Assembly (NCBI GenBank): GCA_965202905.1
Contig: OZ241868.1
Location: 516,879-580,878, forward strand
Direction: 5' to 3'
DNA length: 64,000 nucleotides
Source: Alphaproteobacteria bacterium
GTDB lineage: Bacteria; Pseudomonadota; Alphaproteobacteria; MPNO01
Translations under genes and position numbers: made by a program
Shown here: positions 1 through 15,576 of the stretch, piece after piece
Numbering within the stretch: the stretch's first letter is position 1
Layout: each line of letters opens with the position of its first letter
Notes under the pieces: model-generated
Seen by the model: only the letters and a program-made list of their open reading frames with translations
What the model was told of the DNA's origin: nothing
The model's database searches: none

Positions 1-229
1 TGTGGCCGCGCTGATCGAGGAGATCGCCTCCGACGCCCGCGCGCTAGGTTGCGAGGCCGAGACGCACCGCGCGCTTGCCATCGTCCGCGAGGGCACCGGT
101 GCCGACCGGCAGGTCGATCTCTTCCGCCTGCGCCGCCTGGAGGGGGACAGCCATGAGGAAGCGCTCCGCCGGGTAGTCGACCTGGTGCTCGCCGAGACCC
201 GGGAAGGGATCGGGGACGCGCCCGGCTGA
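1..229 (+). CDS. 3' end of an unidentified upstream gene (partial at window edge)
   Basis: ORF runs in from position 1-2 and stops at 229; GC3-rich codon usage like neighbours; product not recognised. Confidence 0.4.
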   Translation, partial: VAALIEEIASDARALGCEAETHRALAIVREGTGADRQVDLFRLRRLEGDSHEEALRRVVDLVLAETREGIGDAPG

Positions 230-411
230 GGCGACCGCAGCCCGGACCGCCGGCGACCGTAAGCCTTTTCGAACTTCGTCAGTCTCAGCCCCTGTGCCCG
301 CTCCGTCCGATGTATCCCAACCCTCCAAAGCCGGGAGGCGTTCCAAAACCGGACGGATCATCTGGTACGGGAGCTGGACACAATGCTTGTTAGCGACAGC
401 AACAATCCGGG

Positions 412-440
412 TTGACGAGGTAATTGGCCGTCACTATGTT
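412..440 (+). promoter_or_regulatory. sigma70-like promoter of the str operon (TTGACG-N17-TATGTT)
   Basis: hexamers read directly, 17-nt spacer, about 160 nt upstream of the rpsL start; 370-nt leader contains the perfect hairpin GGCGCC-TTCC-GGCGCC (about 519-536). Confidence 0.45.
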
Positions 441-598
441 GTCCCTCTCATTGCGGGGCTGGCGGTAGGACGGCTTCCTAGACGCAGCGCCGTCTTGAGT
501 TGGGGTTAAAACATGCAGCGGCGCCTTCCGGCGCCAAATCAGTCGCGGAGCGCTTCGCGCCCGCGCTTTTGCTGCAGTTCAAGCGAAGGAATATCCGG

Positions 599-1482
<884 letters not shown>

Positions 1483-1508
1483 AGTCCTTTTCGGAAAGCA
1501 ATCGAGAC

Positions 1509-3584
1509 ATGGCCCGCAAGACCCCAATCTCCCGATACCGAAATATCGGCATCATGGCCCACATTGATGCCGGCAAGACCACGACTACCGAGCGGATCCT
1601 GTACTACACCGGCCGATCCTACAAGATCGGCGAAGTCCATGACGGCACTGCGACCATGGACTGGATGGAGCAGGAGCAGGAACGCGGCATCACCATCACC
1701 TCGGCCGCGACGACCTGCTTCTGGCACGACTTTCGCATCAACATCATCGACACCCCCGGCCATGTAGACTTCACCATTGAGGTTGAGCGCAGCCTGCGCG
1801 TCCTCGACGGGGCGGTGACGGTCTTCGACAGCGTCGCCGGCGTTGAGCCTCAGTCCGAGACGGTCTGGCGTCAGGCGGATAGGTACGGCGTGCCGCGGAT
1901 CTGCTTCGTCAACAAGATGGACCGCATCGGCGCGGACTTCTTCCGCTGCGTAGACATGATCAGGGACCGGCTGGGCGCGACCCCGATGGTCATGCAGTTG
2001 CCGATCGGATCGGAGGCCGGGTACCGCGGCGTGGTCGACGTGCTGACGATGAAGGCGGTCGTCTGGAAGGACGAATCGCTGGGCGCGGGGTATTGCGACG
2101 CCGAGATTCCGGACGACCTCCTCGACCAAGCCAAGTCGTATCACGACGTGCTGGTCGAGCTAGCGGTCGAGCAGGACGACGCGGCAATGGAAATCTGGAT
2201 GGACGGCAAGCGCCCGGACATCGACACGCTTAAGGCCTGTATCCGCAAGGGGACCGTCTCGGGAGCCTTCATCCCGGTCTTCAACGGCGCCGCCTTCAAG
2301 AACAAGGGGGTCCAGCCGCTGCTCGATGCGGTGGTCGACTACCTGCCCTCGCCGGCCGAGGCCGCGGCCATTCGCGGCGTCAAGATGGGCAGCGAGGAGG
2401 AAATCACCCGCACCAACAGCGACGAGGAGCCGTTCGCCGCGCTCGCCTTCAAGATCATGACCGATCCGTTCGTCGGCTCGCTGTCGTTCGTCAGGATCTA
2501 TTCCGGGGTACTGAAGAGCGGCGACGGCATCCTCAACAGCGTCAAAGACAAGCGCGAGCGGGTCGGCCGGATGCTTCTGATGCACGCCAACTCGCGCGAG
2601 GAGGTCAGCGAGGCGTATGCCGGCGACATCGTCGCGCTGGCCGGGCTCAAGGACACCACGACCGGCGAGACGCTGTGCGATCCGCGCCACGCGGTGGTGC
2701 TGGAGAAGATCGAGTTCCCCGACCCGGTGATCGAGATCGCCATCGAGCCAAAGACCAAGTCCGACCAGGACAAGATGGCTCAGGCGCTGAGCCGGCTCGC
2801 GCAGGAGGATCCGAGCTTCCGGGTGTCGGTCGATGCCGAGAGCGGCCAGACCGTGCTCAAGGGCATGGGCGAACTGCACCTGGAAATTCTGGTCGATCGC
2901 ATGCGCCGCGAGTTCCGGGTCGATGCCAATATCGGCGCGCCGCAAGTCGCCTATCGCGAGACCATCACCAAGCCGGTCACGGTCGAATACACCCATCGCA
3001 AGCAGACCGGCGGGGCGGGGCAGTACGCCAAGGTGAAGTTCCACTTCGAGCCTGCCGAGCCGGGCGAAGGCGTGTCCTTCGAAAGCTCGGTGGTGGGCGG
3101 CGCGGTGCCAAGGGAGTTCCTGCCCGCGGTCGCAAAGGGAATCAAGGGCGCCAGCGAGGTCGGTGTCCTGGCCGGCTTCCCGGTCGTTGACGTCAAGGCG
3201 AGTCTGATCGACGGCGACAGCCACGAGGTCGATTCCTCGGCCGTGGCCTTCGAGATCGCTGCCCGCGCGGTGTTCCGCGAGGGCATCGCCAAGGCCGCGC
3301 CCAAGCTGCTCGAGCCGGTGATGCGGCTGGAGGTGGTCACTCCGGAGGACTATCTCGGCGACATCATCGGCGACCTGCAGAGCCGGCGCGGCCAGATCAG
3401 CGCGATGGACACCCGCGGTAACGCGCGGACGGTCGCCGCGATCGCGCCGCTGGCCAACATGTTCGGCTATGTCAACAACCTGCGCTCGATGAGCCAGGGC
3501 CGCGCGCAGTTCACCATGCATTTCGACCACTACGAGCAGGTGCCCCAGGGCATTGCTGAGGAAGTCCGCGCCAAGATGGCGTAG
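1509..3584 (+). CDS. fusA: elongation factor G
   Basis: 691 aa; [20 protein letters not shown]-domain; listed ORF trimmed to the [18 protein letters not shown] start. Confidence 0.95.
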   Translation: MARKTPISRYRNIGIMAHIDAGKTTTTERILYYTGRSYKIGEVHDGTATMDWMEQEQERGITITSAATTCFWHDFRINIIDTPGHVDFTIEVERSLRVLDGAVTVFDSVAGVEPQSETVWRQADRYGVPRICFVNKMDRIGADFFRCVDMIRDRLGATPMVMQLPIGSEAGYRGVVDVLTMKAVVWKDESLGAGYCDAEIPDDLLDQAKSYHDVLVELAVEQDDAAMEIWMDGKRPDIDTLKACIRKGTVSGAFIPVFNGAAFKNKGVQPLLDAVVDYLPSPAEAAAIRGVKMGSEEEITRTNSDEEPFAALAFKIMTDPFVGSLSFVRIYSGVLKSGDGILNSVKDKRERVGRMLLMHANSREEVSEAYAGDIVALAGLKDTTTGETLCDPRHAVVLEKIEFPDPVIEIAIEPKTKSDQDKMAQALSRLAQEDPSFRVSVDAESGQTVLKGMGELHLEILVDRMRREFRVDANIGAPQVAYRETITKPVTVEYTHRKQTGGAGQYAKVKFHFEPAEPGEGVSFESSVVGGAVPREFLPAVAKGIKGASEVGVLAGFPVVDVKASLIDGDSHEVDSSAVAFEIAARAVFREGIAKAAPKLLEPVMRLEVVTPEDYLGDIIGDLQSRRGQISAMDTRGNARTVAAIAPLANMFGYVNNLRSMSQGRAQFTMHFDHYEQVPQGIAEEVRAKMA

Positions 3585-3622
3585 CGGGCGCTAGTCCGGA
3601 ACAGGGTTCAGGAAAGAGATCG

Positions 3623-4813
<1,191 letters not shown>

Positions 4814-4841
4814 GCGGAAGCGGCCGGCCGGAGGGCAGACA

Positions 4842-5146
<305 letters not shown>

Positions 5147-5150
<4 letters not shown>

Positions 5151-5899
5151 GGACAGGCCTGATTGCCCGGAAACTCGGTATGACCCGCGTCTTCGAGGAC
5201 GACGGCCGCCACGTCCCGGTCACCGTGCTCAAGGTCGACGATTGCCGGGTCGTGGCCGTCAAGACCGGCGCGCGGGACGGCTATACCGCCCTGCAGCTCG
5301 GCGTCGGCGCCGCCAAGGTCAAGAATGTCTCCAAGCCGATGCGCGGCCATTTCGGCGCCGCCAAGGTCGAGCCCAAGCGCAAGCTGGCCGAGTTCCGGAT
5401 TTCTGAGGACGCGGTGATCGATGTCGGCTCCGAACTCACCGCCGATCATTTCGTGGCCGGTCAGCATGTCGATGTCGTCGGCGCCAGCATCGGCAAGGGC
5501 TTCGCCGGCGCGATGAAGCGTCACAACTTCGGTGGGCTGGAGGCGTCCCACGGCGTTTCGATCTCGCATCGCGCCCACGGCTCGACCGGCCACAGCCAGG
5601 ACCCGGGCAAGGTCTTCAAGGGCAAGAAGATGGCCGGACACCTGGGCGCGGAGCGGGTAACAATCCAGAACCTGAAGGTCGTCTCGACCGATGCCGGGCG
5701 CGGGCTGATCCTGGTCGGCGGCGCGGTGCCCGGCGCGAAGGGCGGCTATGTGCTGCTGTCGGATGCCAAGAAGCGGGCGATGCCCGATGGCCTGCCGTTC
5801 CCCGGCGCCATCCGCGGCGACGGCGCCCCGGCCGAGGCCGACTCCGAAGACGCCGTCGAGACGGCCGAAGAGACCCCCGGGAGCGGCGATGAAGATTGA
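5147..5899 (+). CDS. rplC: 50S ribosomal protein L3
   Basis: [20 protein letters not shown]...; ATGA overlap with rpsJ; C-terminal acidic extension. Confidence 0.93.
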
Positions 5900-6509
5900 C
5901 GTCGTGACGATCGACAACGAGCAGGCCGGCTCGATCGAGCTTGCCGATCCGATCTTCGCTGCGCCCGTGCGCCGCGATATTCTGGCCCGGATGGTTAACT
6001 GGCAGCGCGCCAGGCGCCGCGCCGGCAACCACAAAACCAAGGGGGTGAGCGAGGTCAGCGGCACCACCGCCAAGCCCTACAAGCAGAAGGGCACCGGCCG
6101 GGCCCGTCACGGCAGCCGGCGCTCGCCGCAGTTTCGCGGCGGCGCGGTGATCTTCGGCCCCAAACTGCGGGATCACGCCCACAAGCTGCCCAAGAAGGTG
6201 CGCCGGATGGCGCTTCGGTCGGCCCTGTCGAGCAAGGCCGAAGACGGCGCGCTGATCGTGCTCGATGCGGCCAGGCTGGAGGACTACAAGACTGCTGCGC
6301 TGGCCAGGCGTCTGGACGCGCTCGGCTGGGGCCGCGTCCTGATCATCGACGGCCCGGAGATCGACGGGAACTTCGCCCGCGCGGCGGCCAACATTCCTAA
6401 TGTCGACGTACTGCCGCAGCAGGGCGCGAACGTTTACGACATCCTGCGCTGCGGCAAGCTGGTTCTGACCCGCGAGGCGGTCAAGCATCTGGAGGAACGG
6501 CTGGTATGA
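5889..6509 (+). CDS. rplD: 50S ribosomal protein L4
   Basis: 206 aa from internal ATG of the listed ORF; [14 protein letters not shown]...[12 protein letters not shown]. Confidence 0.9.
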   Translation: MKIDVVTIDNEQAGSIELADPIFAAPVRRDILARMVNWQRARRRAGNHKTKGVSEVSGTTAKPYKQKGTGRARHGSRRSPQFRGGAVIFGPKLRDHAHKLPKKVRRMALRSALSSKAEDGALIVLDAARLEDYKTAALARRLDALGWGRVLIIDGPEIDGNFARAAANIPNVDVLPQQGANVYDILRCGKLVLTREAVKHLEERLV

Positions 6510-6823
6510 GGCGGCCCGGGAAAGTGTGGGTCTCCGACAACCGGGCGTGCGAACTGATCCGCGCGCCGGTGGTCACCGAGAAATCGACGCTGGGCAACGA
6601 GCACAACCAAGTCACCTTCCGGGTGCCGGTCGATGCCACCAAGCCCGAGATCCGGGCCGCAGTCGAAAAGCTGTTCGACGTCAAGGTCAAGGCGGTCAAT
6701 ACCATCCGCCAGAAGGGCAAGATCAAACGGTTCCGCGGCCGTATCGGCAGGCGACCGGACACCAAGAAGGCGATCGTTTCCCTGGCCGAGGGGTCTTCGA
6801 TCGATGTGACGACGGGGATCTAG
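6506..6823 (+). CDS. rplW: 50S ribosomal protein L23
   Basis: [13 protein letters not shown]...[24 protein letters not shown]. Confidence 0.9.
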   Translation: MRRPGKVWVSDNRACELIRAPVVTEKSTLGNEHNQVTFRVPVDATKPEIRAAVEKLFDVKVKAVNTIRQKGKIKRFRGRIGRRPDTKKAIVSLAEGSSIDVTTGI

Positions 6824-6826
6824 GCC

Positions 6827-7657
6827 ATGGCGCTGAAGCAATACAAACCCGTCACGTCCTCCCAGCGCGGCTTGGTGTTGGTCGACCGGTCCGAGCTGTG
6901 GAAGGGTAAGCCCGTCAAGGCGCTGACCGAGGGCCTGTCGAAAAAGGGCGGGCGTAACAACGCCGGGCGCATCACCGCGCGGCGGCGCGGCGGCGGCCAC
7001 AAGCGGCTCTACCGCAAGATTGACTTCAAGCGGCGCAAGTTCGACGTGCCCGCCCGGGTCGAGCGGCTGGAATACGACCCCAACCGGTCCGCCTTCATCG
7101 CGCTCCTGAAATACGAAGACGGCGAGCAGAGCTACATCATCGCCCCGCAACGGCTCAAGATCGGCGATACGGTTATCGCCGGCGCCTCGGTTGACGTGAA
7201 GCCGGGCAACGCGATGCCGATGGAGAACATCCCTGTCGGTACGATCGTCCACAATATCGAGATGCGGCCGGGCAAGGGTGCCCAGATCGCCCGCGCCGCC
7301 GGCACATATGCCCAGCTTGTCGGCAAGGACTCCGGCTATGCCCAGCTCCGGCTGACCTCGGGCGAGTCCCGCATGGTGCCGGCAGCCTGCATCGCGACCG
7401 TCGGCGCGGTCTCGAACTCCGATAACCAGAACGTCAAGAAGGCCAAGGCCGGACGCAACCGCTGGCTCGGCCATCGCCCCAAGGTGCGTGGCGTGGCCAT
7501 GAACCCGGTCGATCATCCCCACGGCGGCGGCGAGGGCCGGACATCGGGCGGCCGCCATCCGGTCACGCCCTGGGGCGTGCCTACCAAGGGCAAGCGCACA
7601 CGCGGCAAGAAGAAGAGTGATTCGCTCATCATGCGCCGGCGGCACAGGAACAGGTAG
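6827..7657 (+). CDS. rplB: 50S ribosomal protein L2
   Basis: 276 aa; [15 protein letters not shown] motifs. Confidence 0.95.
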   Translation: MALKQYKPVTSSQRGLVLVDRSELWKGKPVKALTEGLSKKGGRNNAGRITARRRGGGHKRLYRKIDFKRRKFDVPARVERLEYDPNRSAFIALLKYEDGEQSYIIAPQRLKIGDTVIAGASVDVKPGNAMPMENIPVGTIVHNIEMRPGKGAQIARAAGTYAQLVGKDSGYAQLRLTSGESRMVPAACIATVGAVSNSDNQNVKKAKAGRNRWLGHRPKVRGVAMNPVDHPHGGGEGRTSGGRHPVTPWGVPTKGKRTRGKKKSDSLIMRRRHRNR

Positions 7658-7667
7658 GGGGCGCGAG

Positions 7668-7946
7668 ATGTCTCGTTCGGTCTGGAAAGGTCCCTTCGTG
7701 GACGGCTACCTCCTCAAGAAGGCGGACAAGGTTCGCGAGTCCGGGCGCAAGGAGATCATCCGCACATGGTCGCGGCGCTCGACCATCCTGCCGCAGTTCG
7801 TCGGCCTGACCTTCGGCGTCCACAACGGCCATAAGTTCCTGCCCGTCCTGGTGACCGAGGACATGGTCGGCCACAAATTCGGTGAGTTCTCCGGCACGCG
7901 GATTTATCAGGGCCACGCCGCGGACAAGCGCTCGAGGCGCGGCTGA
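7668..7946 (+). CDS. rpsS: 30S ribosomal protein S19
   Basis: 92 aa, [18 protein letters not shown]; listed ORF trimmed. Confidence 0.93.
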   Translation: MSRSVWKGPFVDGYLLKKADKVRESGRKEIIRTWSRRSTILPQFVGLTFGVHNGHKFLPVLVTEDMVGHKFGEFSGTRIYQGHAADKRSRRG

Positions 7947-7947
7947 G

Positions 7948-8337
7948 ATGGGCAAGCCGTCCAACCCGCCGCGGCTTGCGGAGAACGAGGCCAAGGCTTA
8001 TGTGCATGCGATCCGCACCAGCCCGCGCAAGCTCAACCTCGTCGCCCAGTCGATCCGCGGGCTCGACGCGGAGCGGGCGCTCAACGCGCTGTCGTTCTCG
8101 CGCCGGCGCATCGCCCAGGACGTCAAGAAGGTCCTGCAATCCGCGATCGCCAACGCCGAGAACAACCACATGCTTGATGTCGACCGCCTGATGGTCGCCG
8201 AGGCCACCGTCGGGCGGACGTTCGTGATCAAACGCTTTCGGGCGCGCGCACGCGGCCGGATCGGACGGCTGGAAAAGCCGTTCAGCAACCTGACGGTGAT
8301 CGTGCGCGAGCGCGAAGAGGTAGAGGAAGACGTCTGA
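7948..8337 (+). CDS. rplV: 50S ribosomal protein L22
   Basis: 129 aa, [30 protein letters not shown]; trimmed. Confidence 0.92.
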   Translation: MGKPSNPPRLAENEAKAYVHAIRTSPRKLNLVAQSIRGLDAERALNALSFSRRRIAQDVKKVLQSAIANAENNHMLDVDRLMVAEATVGRTFVIKRFRARARGRIGRLEKPFSNLTVIVREREEVEEDV

Positions 8338-9014
8338 TGGGTCAGAAGGTCAATCCGGTCGGCCTGCGCGTTGGCATCAACCGGACCTGGGATTCCAGGT
8401 GGTACGCCGACGGTCACTACGCCGATTTGCTGCACGAGGATTTGGCGCTGCGCGACTACTTGTTCAGGCGCCTGTCGCAGGCCAGCGTCAGCCGCATCGT
8501 GATCGAGCGGCCGGCGAAGAAGGCCCGCGTGACCATCCATTCGGCCCGTCCGGGCGTGGTGATCGGCAAGAAGGGCGCTGACATCGAGAAGCTGCGCGCC
8601 GACGTTTCGCGGATGACCAGCTCCGATGTCCACATGAACATCGTGGAGATCCGCAAGCCCGAGATCGACGCCAAGCTCGTGGCCGAGAATATCGCCCAGC
8701 AGCTCGAGCGCCGGGTGGCGTTCCGCCGGGCGATGAAGCGGGCCGTCCAGTCGGCGATGCGGCTGGGCGCCGAGGGCATCCGGATCAACTGCGGCGGCCG
8801 GCTCGGCGGAGCGGAAATCGCCCGGGTCGAATGGTATCGCGAGGGCCGGGTGCCGCTGCACACGCTGCGCGCCGATGTCGACTACGGCGTGGCGACCGCG
8901 CGCACCACATACGGCACCTGCGGCGTCAAGGTCTGGGTGTTCAAGGGCGAGATCATGGCCCATGACCCGATGGCCCTGGACAAGCGCAGCCAGGAACAGC
9001 GGGTCGGGCGCTAA
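8337..9014 (+). CDS. rpsC: 30S ribosomal protein S3
   Basis: [24 protein letters not shown]; KH domain motifs. Confidence 0.95.
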   Translation: MGQKVNPVGLRVGINRTWDSRWYADGHYADLLHEDLALRDYLFRRLSQASVSRIVIERPAKKARVTIHSARPGVVIGKKGADIEKLRADVSRMTSSDVHMNIVEIRKPEIDAKLVAENIAQQLERRVAFRRAMKRAVQSAMRLGAEGIRINCGGRLGGAEIARVEWYREGRVPLHTLRADVDYGVATARTTYGTCGVKVWVFKGEIMAHDPMALDKRSQEQRVGR

Positions 9015-9046
9015 GGCCGACGGGCGGGACGAACCGGTAGAGAGCG

Positions 9047-9466
9047 ATGCTGAGCCCCAAGAGAACCAAATACCGCAAGGCCCACAAGGGCCGGATCCAC
9101 GGCCACGCCAAGGCCGGCACATCGCTCAATTTCGGCTCCTACGGGTTGAAGGCCGTCGAGCCCGGCCGGGTGACCGCACGCCAGATCGAGGCCTCGCGGC
9201 GGGCGATAACCCGTGCGATGAAGCGCGCCGGCCGGGTGTGGATCCGGATCTTCCCCGACGTTCCGGTCTCGCAGAAGCCGGCCGAGGTGCGCCAGGGCAA
9301 GGGCAAGGGCTCGCCAGAATACTGGGCCTGCCGGGTGAAGCCGGGCCGGATCATGTTCGAGGTCGACGGTGTTCCGGTTGAGGTCGCGCAAGACGCGCTG
9401 GAGCTGGCCGCGGCCAAGCTGCCGATCCAGGTCCGCTTCGTCCGCCGCCTCGCGAGCGGAGGCTAG
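9047..9466 (+). CDS. rplP: 50S ribosomal protein L16
   Basis: [16 protein letters not shown]. Confidence 0.95.
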   Translation: MLSPKRTKYRKAHKGRIHGHAKAGTSLNFGSYGLKAVEPGRVTARQIEASRRAITRAMKRAGRVWIRIFPDVPVSQKPAEVRQGKGKGSPEYWACRVKPGRIMFEVDGVPVEVAQDALELAAAKLPIQVRFVRRLASGG

Positions 9467-9470
9467 TCGG

Positions 9471-9674
9471 ATGAGGGTGGCCGACATCAGGCAGAAGACG
9501 CCGGACGAGCTCGCCGAGCAGCTCCGCGGGCTGCGCCGGGAGGCGCTCAATCTGCGCTTCCAGCGCGCCAGCGGGCAGCTTGAGGCGACATCGCGGGTGC
9601 GCGAGATCCGCCGTGACATCGCGCGGATACAGACCGTCATCAACGAGCGCGGCAAAGCCGGGGCGGAGGGCTAG
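9471..9674 (+). CDS. rpmC: 50S ribosomal protein L29
   Basis: 67 aa, MRVADIRQKTPDELAEQLRGLRREALNLRFQ; trimmed. Confidence 0.9.
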   Translation: MRVADIRQKTPDELAEQLRGLRREALNLRFQRASGQLEATSRVREIRRDIARIQTVINERGKAGAEG

Positions 9675-9677
9675 ACG

Positions 9678-9941
9678 ATGCCGAAACGCGTGCTTCAAGG
9701 GATCGTCGTCAGCGACAAGATGGACAAGACCATTGTTGTGCGCGTCGAGCGCCGGGTGCGGCATCCGGTCTACAAGAAGATCATCCGGCGTTCACGCAAA
9801 TTCACCGCGCACGACCCGGAGAACATGTGCAAGGTCGGCGATACGGTACGCATCTGCGAATGCCGCCCGCTGTCGAAGTCAAAGCGCTGGGAGGTCATCG
9901 CCGACGGGCCTGTCGCCGCGACCGCGCCGGCGGCAAGCTGA
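9678..9941 (+). CDS. rpsQ: 30S ribosomal protein S17
   Basis: [26 protein letters not shown]. Confidence 0.93.
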   Translation: MPKRVLQGIVVSDKMDKTIVVRVERRVRHPVYKKIIRRSRKFTAHDPENMCKVGDTVRICECRPLSKSKRWEVIADGPVAATAPAAS

Positions 9942-9953
9942 GGGCGGATCGAG

Positions 9954-10322
9954 ATGATACAGGCCGAAAGCAACCTTGACGTCGCCGACAATTCCGGCGC
10001 AAGACGGGTGCAATGCATCCGCGTGCTGGGCGGCGCGCGTCGGCGCTGGGCCTCGGTGGGCGATGTGATCGTGGTCTCGGTCAAGGAGGCGATCCCACGC
10101 GGCCGGGTCAAGAAGGGCGACATCCACAAGGCCGTCGTGGTGCGCACCGCCAAGGAGATCCGCCGGACCGACGGGACCGCGATCCGCTTCGACCGCAACG
10201 CGGCCGTGCTGATCAACGCTGCCGGCGAGCCGATCGGCACCCGCATCTTCGGGCCGGTCACCCGCGAGCTGCGCGCCAAGCAGTACATGAAGATCATCTC
10301 GCTCGCACCGGAGGTGCTCTGA
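9954..10322 (+). CDS. rplN: 50S ribosomal protein L14
   Basis: [27 protein letters not shown]. Confidence 0.95.
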   Translation: MIQAESNLDVADNSGARRVQCIRVLGGARRRWASVGDVIVVSVKEAIPRGRVKKGDIHKAVVVRTAKEIRRTDGTAIRFDRNAAVLINAAGEPIGTRIFGPVTRELRAKQYMKIISLAPEVL

Positions 10323-10323
10323 C

Positions 10324-10665
10324 ATGGGACAGCCGAGACGCTCCGGCGGCCGGATCAAGAAAATCCGCAAGGGCGACACGGTCATCGTTTTGACCGGACG
10401 CGACAAGGGCAAGCGCGGTAATGTGCTCAAGGTCATGCCCAAGGACGAGAAGCTGATTGTCCAGGGCGTCAACATGGTCAAGCGCCACACCAGACAGACC
10501 CAGACCCAGGCCGGCGGCATCGTCGAGAAAGAGGCGACGATCCACGTTTCCAACGTCGCGCTGGCCGATCCCTCATCGGACAAGGCGACCAGGGTCGGAT
10601 TCAGGACGCTTGAGGACTCGCGCAAGGTTCGCTTCGCCAAGGCGTCCGGCGAAGTGATCGACTGA
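10324..10665 (+). CDS. rplX: 50S ribosomal protein L24
   Basis: [23 protein letters not shown] motif. Confidence 0.9.
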   Translation: MGQPRRSGGRIKKIRKGDTVIVLTGRDKGKRGNVLKVMPKDEKLIVQGVNMVKRHTRQTQTQAGGIVEKEATIHVSNVALADPSSDKATRVGFRTLEDSRKVRFAKASGEVID

Positions 10666-10676
10666 GGATCCAGAAG

Positions 10677-11219
10677 ATGACAGCACGTCTTCAGGAGTGC
10701 TACGAGCAGGTCGTCCGCGGCGATTTGCAGTCGCGGTTCAACTATGCCAACCCAATGCAGATCCCCCGGCTCGACAAGGTCGTGCTCAACATGGGCGTGG
10801 GCGAGGCGGTCGGCGATTCCAAGAAGATCGACGCCGCGGCCCGCGAAATGACCGCGATCTCAGGTCAGAAGCCGATCACCATCCGCGCGCGCAAGTCGGT
10901 CGCTCAATTCAAGCTGCGCGAGGGCATGACGGTCGGCGTCAAGGTCACGTTGCGGCGCGAAAGGATGTACGAGTTCATCGACCGGCTCATCACCATCGCG
11001 CTGCCGCGGGTGCGCGATTTTCGCGGCCTTTCGCCCAGGAGCTTCGACGGCAAGGGCAACTACGCGATGGGGCTGAAGGAGCAGATCGTCTTCCCGGAGA
11101 TCGACTACGACGCGGTCGATCAGATGCGCGGCATGGACATCGTGGTGGTCACCACCGCGCGGACCGACGATGAAGCGAGGACACTTCTGGCGGGCTTTCA
11201 ATTCCCGTTCGTGAACTGA
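10677..11219 (+). CDS. rplE: 50S ribosomal protein L5
   Basis: 180 aa; [20 protein letters not shown]. Confidence 0.95.
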   Translation: MTARLQECYEQVVRGDLQSRFNYANPMQIPRLDKVVLNMGVGEAVGDSKKIDAAAREMTAISGQKPITIRARKSVAQFKLREGMTVGVKVTLRRERMYEFIDRLITIALPRVRDFRGLSPRSFDGKGNYAMGLKEQIVFPEIDYDAVDQMRGMDIVVVTTARTDDEARTLLAGFQFPFVN

Positions 11220-11247
11220 CCGGCAAGAGGCAATCAGGAGTTCTTTT

Positions 11248-11553
11248 ATGGCCAAAAAAAGCGCCATCGAAAGAAACAAGAAACGGCAGCGGCTCAGCGC
11301 GCGCGATCGGGTCAAGCGCGATGCGCTCAAGGCGATCGCGACCGACCGGTCGCTACCGATGGAAGAACGGTTCGGCGCGCGGCTGAAGCTCGCCAGGCTG
11401 CCGCGCAACGGCGCCGCGGTGCGCGTGCGCAATCGGTGCAGCCTGTCGGGCCGCTCGCGCGGCTTCTACCGCAAGTTCCGTATCTCACGAATAGCGCTGC
11501 GCGAGCTTGCGTCCGCCGGGCTGATCCCCGGCATGGTCAAGTCGAGCTGGTAG
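11248..11553 (+). CDS. rpsN: 30S ribosomal protein S14
   Basis: 101 aa, [16 protein letters not shown]...[25 protein letters not shown]. Confidence 0.93.
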   Translation: MAKKSAIERNKKRQRLSARDRVKRDALKAIATDRSLPMEERFGARLKLARLPRNGAAVRVRNRCSLSGRSRGFYRKFRISRIALRELASAGLIPGMVKSSW

Positions 11554-11563
11554 GGTCCGGCCC

Positions 11564-11962
11564 ATGACAATGAGCGATCCGTTGGGCGACATGCTGACGC
11601 GCATCCGCAATGGACAGCGCGCACAGAAGGAGGCGATCGTCGCGCCCGCCTCGCAGTTGCGCGCGAACGTGCTGGAAGTGTTGCAGCGTGAGGGATTCAT
11701 CCGCGGCTACAGCGAGAGCCAGTTGCGCAAGGGCATCGCCGAGTTGCGCATCGAGCTGAAATACCACGAGGGCGAACCGGTTATCCGGGAGATCCGGCGC
11801 GTTTCCAAGCCCGGCCGGCGAGTCTATTCCCGGATCAAGGACCTGCCGCGGGTCTATAACGGGCTCGGCATCTCGATCCTGTCGACGCCGCGCGGCGTCC
11901 TGTCGGACAGCGAGGCCCGCACCGCCAATGTCGGCGGCGAGGTCCTGTGCATGGTGTTCTGA
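11564..11962 (+). CDS. rpsH: 30S ribosomal protein S8
   Basis: [20 protein letters not shown]. Confidence 0.95.
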   Translation: MTMSDPLGDMLTRIRNGQRAQKEAIVAPASQLRANVLEVLQREGFIRGYSESQLRKGIAELRIELKYHEGEPVIREIRRVSKPGRRVYSRIKDLPRVYNGLGISILSTPRGVLSDSEARTANVGGEVLCMVF

Positions 11963-11971
11963 GGAGCGTTC

Positions 11972-12505
11972 ATGTCGAGAGTGGGACAGATGCCGGTCAC
12001 GCTGCCTACGGGTGTCGAGGTGGCGATTGCAGGCCGCGAGGTGACTGCCACGGGCGGACGCGGAACGCTGAGCCTGCAGATTGTCGACGAGGTCGAGGTC
12101 GTCCAGGGCGACGGCGCGCTCACCGTCGCGCCGCGCGATGAGACCAAGCGCGCTCGCGCGCTGTGGGGGACCACCCGCAGCCTGTTGCAGAACATCGTCA
12201 TCGGAGTCAGCGAGGGCTTCACAAGGCAGCTCGCGATTACCGGCGTCGGCTACCGCGCCGCCGTGGTCGACAACGAGCTCGTCCTGCAGCTCGGCTACAG
12301 CCACGAGGTGCGCTACCCGATTCCTGAAGACATCACGATCGCCTGCGAGCGTCCGACCCAGATCGCGATCTCCGGGATCGACCGCCAGCGTGTCGGCCAG
12401 GTTGCCGCGGAGATCCGCGCCTGGCGCAGGCCCGAGCCCTACAAGGGCAAGGGAATCCGCTATTCCGACGAGGTTATCCTGCGCAAAGAAGGCAAGAAGA
12501 AGTAG
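11972..12505 (+). CDS. rplF: 50S ribosomal protein L6
   Basis: MSRVGQMPVTLPTGVEV; 177 aa. Confidence 0.95.
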   Translation: MSRVGQMPVTLPTGVEVAIAGREVTATGGRGTLSLQIVDEVEVVQGDGALTVAPRDETKRARALWGTTRSLLQNIVIGVSEGFTRQLAITGVGYRAAVVDNELVLQLGYSHEVRYPIPEDITIACERPTQIAISGIDRQRVGQVAAEIRAWRRPEPYKGKGIRYSDEVILRKEGKKK

Positions 12506-12514
12506 GAGCCGGAT

Positions 12515-12877
12515 ATGGCAAATACGACCAACCTCAGGTCGGCGCGCCGCGATCGGGTGCGGCGCCGGCTTCGCCGCTGCAATACCGGCCGGCCGCGGCT
12601 GTCGGTGTTCCGCTCGGCAAAGAACATCTATGCTCAGGTGATCGACGATTCCCAGGGCCGGACGCTGGCCGCGGCCTCCAGCATCGAGGCGGAACTGCGG
12701 GAGAGCCTGAAAACCGGCGGCGACAAGGAAGCCGCCGCCCGGGTGGGCAGGCTCCTGGCCGAGCGCGCGCTGGCCAACGGGGTCGAAGAGGTGACGTTCG
12801 ACCGCGGGTCGTACATGTATCACGGCCGGGTGAAGGCCTTGGCCGAGGCCGCCCGCGAAGGCGGGCTGACGTTCTGA
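12515..12877 (+). CDS. rplR: 50S ribosomal protein L18
   Basis: [20 protein letters not shown]. Confidence 0.93.
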   Translation: MANTTNLRSARRDRVRRRLRRCNTGRPRLSVFRSAKNIYAQVIDDSQGRTLAAASSIEAELRESLKTGGDKEAAARVGRLLAERALANGVEEVTFDRGSYMYHGRVKALAEAAREGGLTF

Positions 12878-12887
12878 GGACATAGGT

Positions 12888-13463
12888 ATGGCACGGCGTC
12901 CGAGATCCGATCGCAACCAGCGCTCCGATGATTCGCCCGAGCAGAACGATCTGGTCGACAAGCTGGTCAGCATCAACCGCGTCGCCAAGGTGGTCAAAGG
13001 CGGGCGGCGGTTCGGCTTTGCGGCCCTGGTGGTGGTCGGCGACGCCAAGGGCCGGGTCGGCTACGGCAGTGGCAAGGCGCGCGAGGTGCCCGAGGCCATC
13101 CGCAAGGCGACCGAGCAGGCCAAGCGGTCGATGATCCGCGTGCCGCTGCGCGAAGGGCGCACCCTGCACCACGATATCAACGGCCGGTTCGGCGCCGGGC
13201 GGGTGGTGCTGCGCGCGGCGCCCACCGGCACCGGCATCATCGCCGGCGGACCGATGCGCGCGGTCTTCGAGACGCTGGGCGTGCACGATGTCGTCGCCAA
13301 GTCGATCGGCACGGCCAATCCCTACAACATGGTCAAGGCGACATTCGATGCGCTGTCGCGGCTCAACTCGCCGCGCTCTGTCGCCGCCCGGCGCGGCAGG
13401 AAGGTCAGCGACATCATCGGCCGCCGCCCGGTCGAAGAGCAAAGGGTCCAGGCCGATGGTTAG
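12888..13463 (+). CDS. rpsE: 30S ribosomal protein S5
   Basis: [24 protein letters not shown]. Confidence 0.95.
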   Translation: MARRPRSDRNQRSDDSPEQNDLVDKLVSINRVAKVVKGGRRFGFAALVVVGDAKGRVGYGSGKAREVPEAIRKATEQAKRSMIRVPLREGRTLHHDINGRFGAGRVVLRAAPTGTGIIAGGPMRAVFETLGVHDVVAKSIGTANPYNMVKATFDALSRLNSPRSVAARRGRKVSDIIGRRPVEEQRVQADG

Positions 13464-13656
13464 GGCGCCCGGGACGGAGACCGTCACCGTCACCCAGATC
13501 AAGAGCCCGATCGGCCGGCCGAAGGACCAACGGGCCACCCTGATCGGGCTGGGGCTGAACAAGCTGCATCGCGCCCGGGAGTTGGAAGACACCCCGGCGG
13601 TGCGCGGCATGATCAACAAGGTCTCTCACCTGGTCTCGGTCCGCGACGCCGAGTAG
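13456..13656 (+). CDS. rpmD: 50S ribosomal protein L30
   Basis: 66 aa; [29 protein letters not shown]; overlaps rpsE end by 8 nt. Confidence 0.88.
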   Translation: MVRAPGTETVTVTQIKSPIGRPKDQRATLIGLGLNKLHRARELEDTPAVRGMINKVSHLVSVRDAE

Positions 13657-13665
13657 GAGCAAGCG

Positions 13666-14229
13666 ATGCGACTCAACGAGCTGCGGGACAATCCCGGCGC
13701 CAGGCGCCCGCGCAAGCGGGTCGGCCGCGGCATCGCCTCGGGCACCGGCAAGACCAGCGGCAAGGGCCAGAAGGGCCAGAAGTCGCGCAGCGGCGTTTCG
13801 CTGCTGGGGTTCGAGGGCGGCCAGATGCCGCTCTACCGCCGCCTGCCCAAGCGCGGCTTCAAGAACCTCTTCCGCAAGGATTTCCGGGTGGTCAACCTCG
13901 ACCGCCTGCAGGCCGCGATCGATGCGGGTAAGATCGACTCGAGCGCGCCGATCACCGAAGATGTCCTGGTCGCGGCCGGACTGTTCAAATCCCGCGCCGA
14001 CGGCATCCGCGTCCTTGCAAAGGGCGAGATCAAGGCAAATATCACCCTCCGGGTGACCGGCGCCTCGCAGGCCGCGATCGCCGCGGTCGAGAAGGCCGGC
14101 GGAACGGTTACGCTGGTTGCTTCCGCCCCGAAGGCCAAGGCCGCCGAGGTGGGCACGACGACCGGGGAGGCGGGCGAGCCTCCGGCGCCGCCGGAGGATG
14201 ATGGGGACCACGCCCCGTCCGGAGAATAG
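13666..14229 (+). CDS. rplO: 50S ribosomal protein L15
   Basis: [34 protein letters not shown]; long C-terminal tail. Confidence 0.93.
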   Translation: MRLNELRDNPGARRPRKRVGRGIASGTGKTSGKGQKGQKSRSGVSLLGFEGGQMPLYRRLPKRGFKNLFRKDFRVVNLDRLQAAIDAGKIDSSAPITEDVLVAAGLFKSRADGIRVLAKGEIKANITLRVTGASQAAIAAVEKAGGTVTLVASAPKAKAAEVGTTTGEAGEPPAPPEDDGDHAPSGE

Positions 14230-14232
14230 GCT

Positions 14233-15572
<1,340 letters not shown>

Positions 15573-15576
<4 letters not shown>

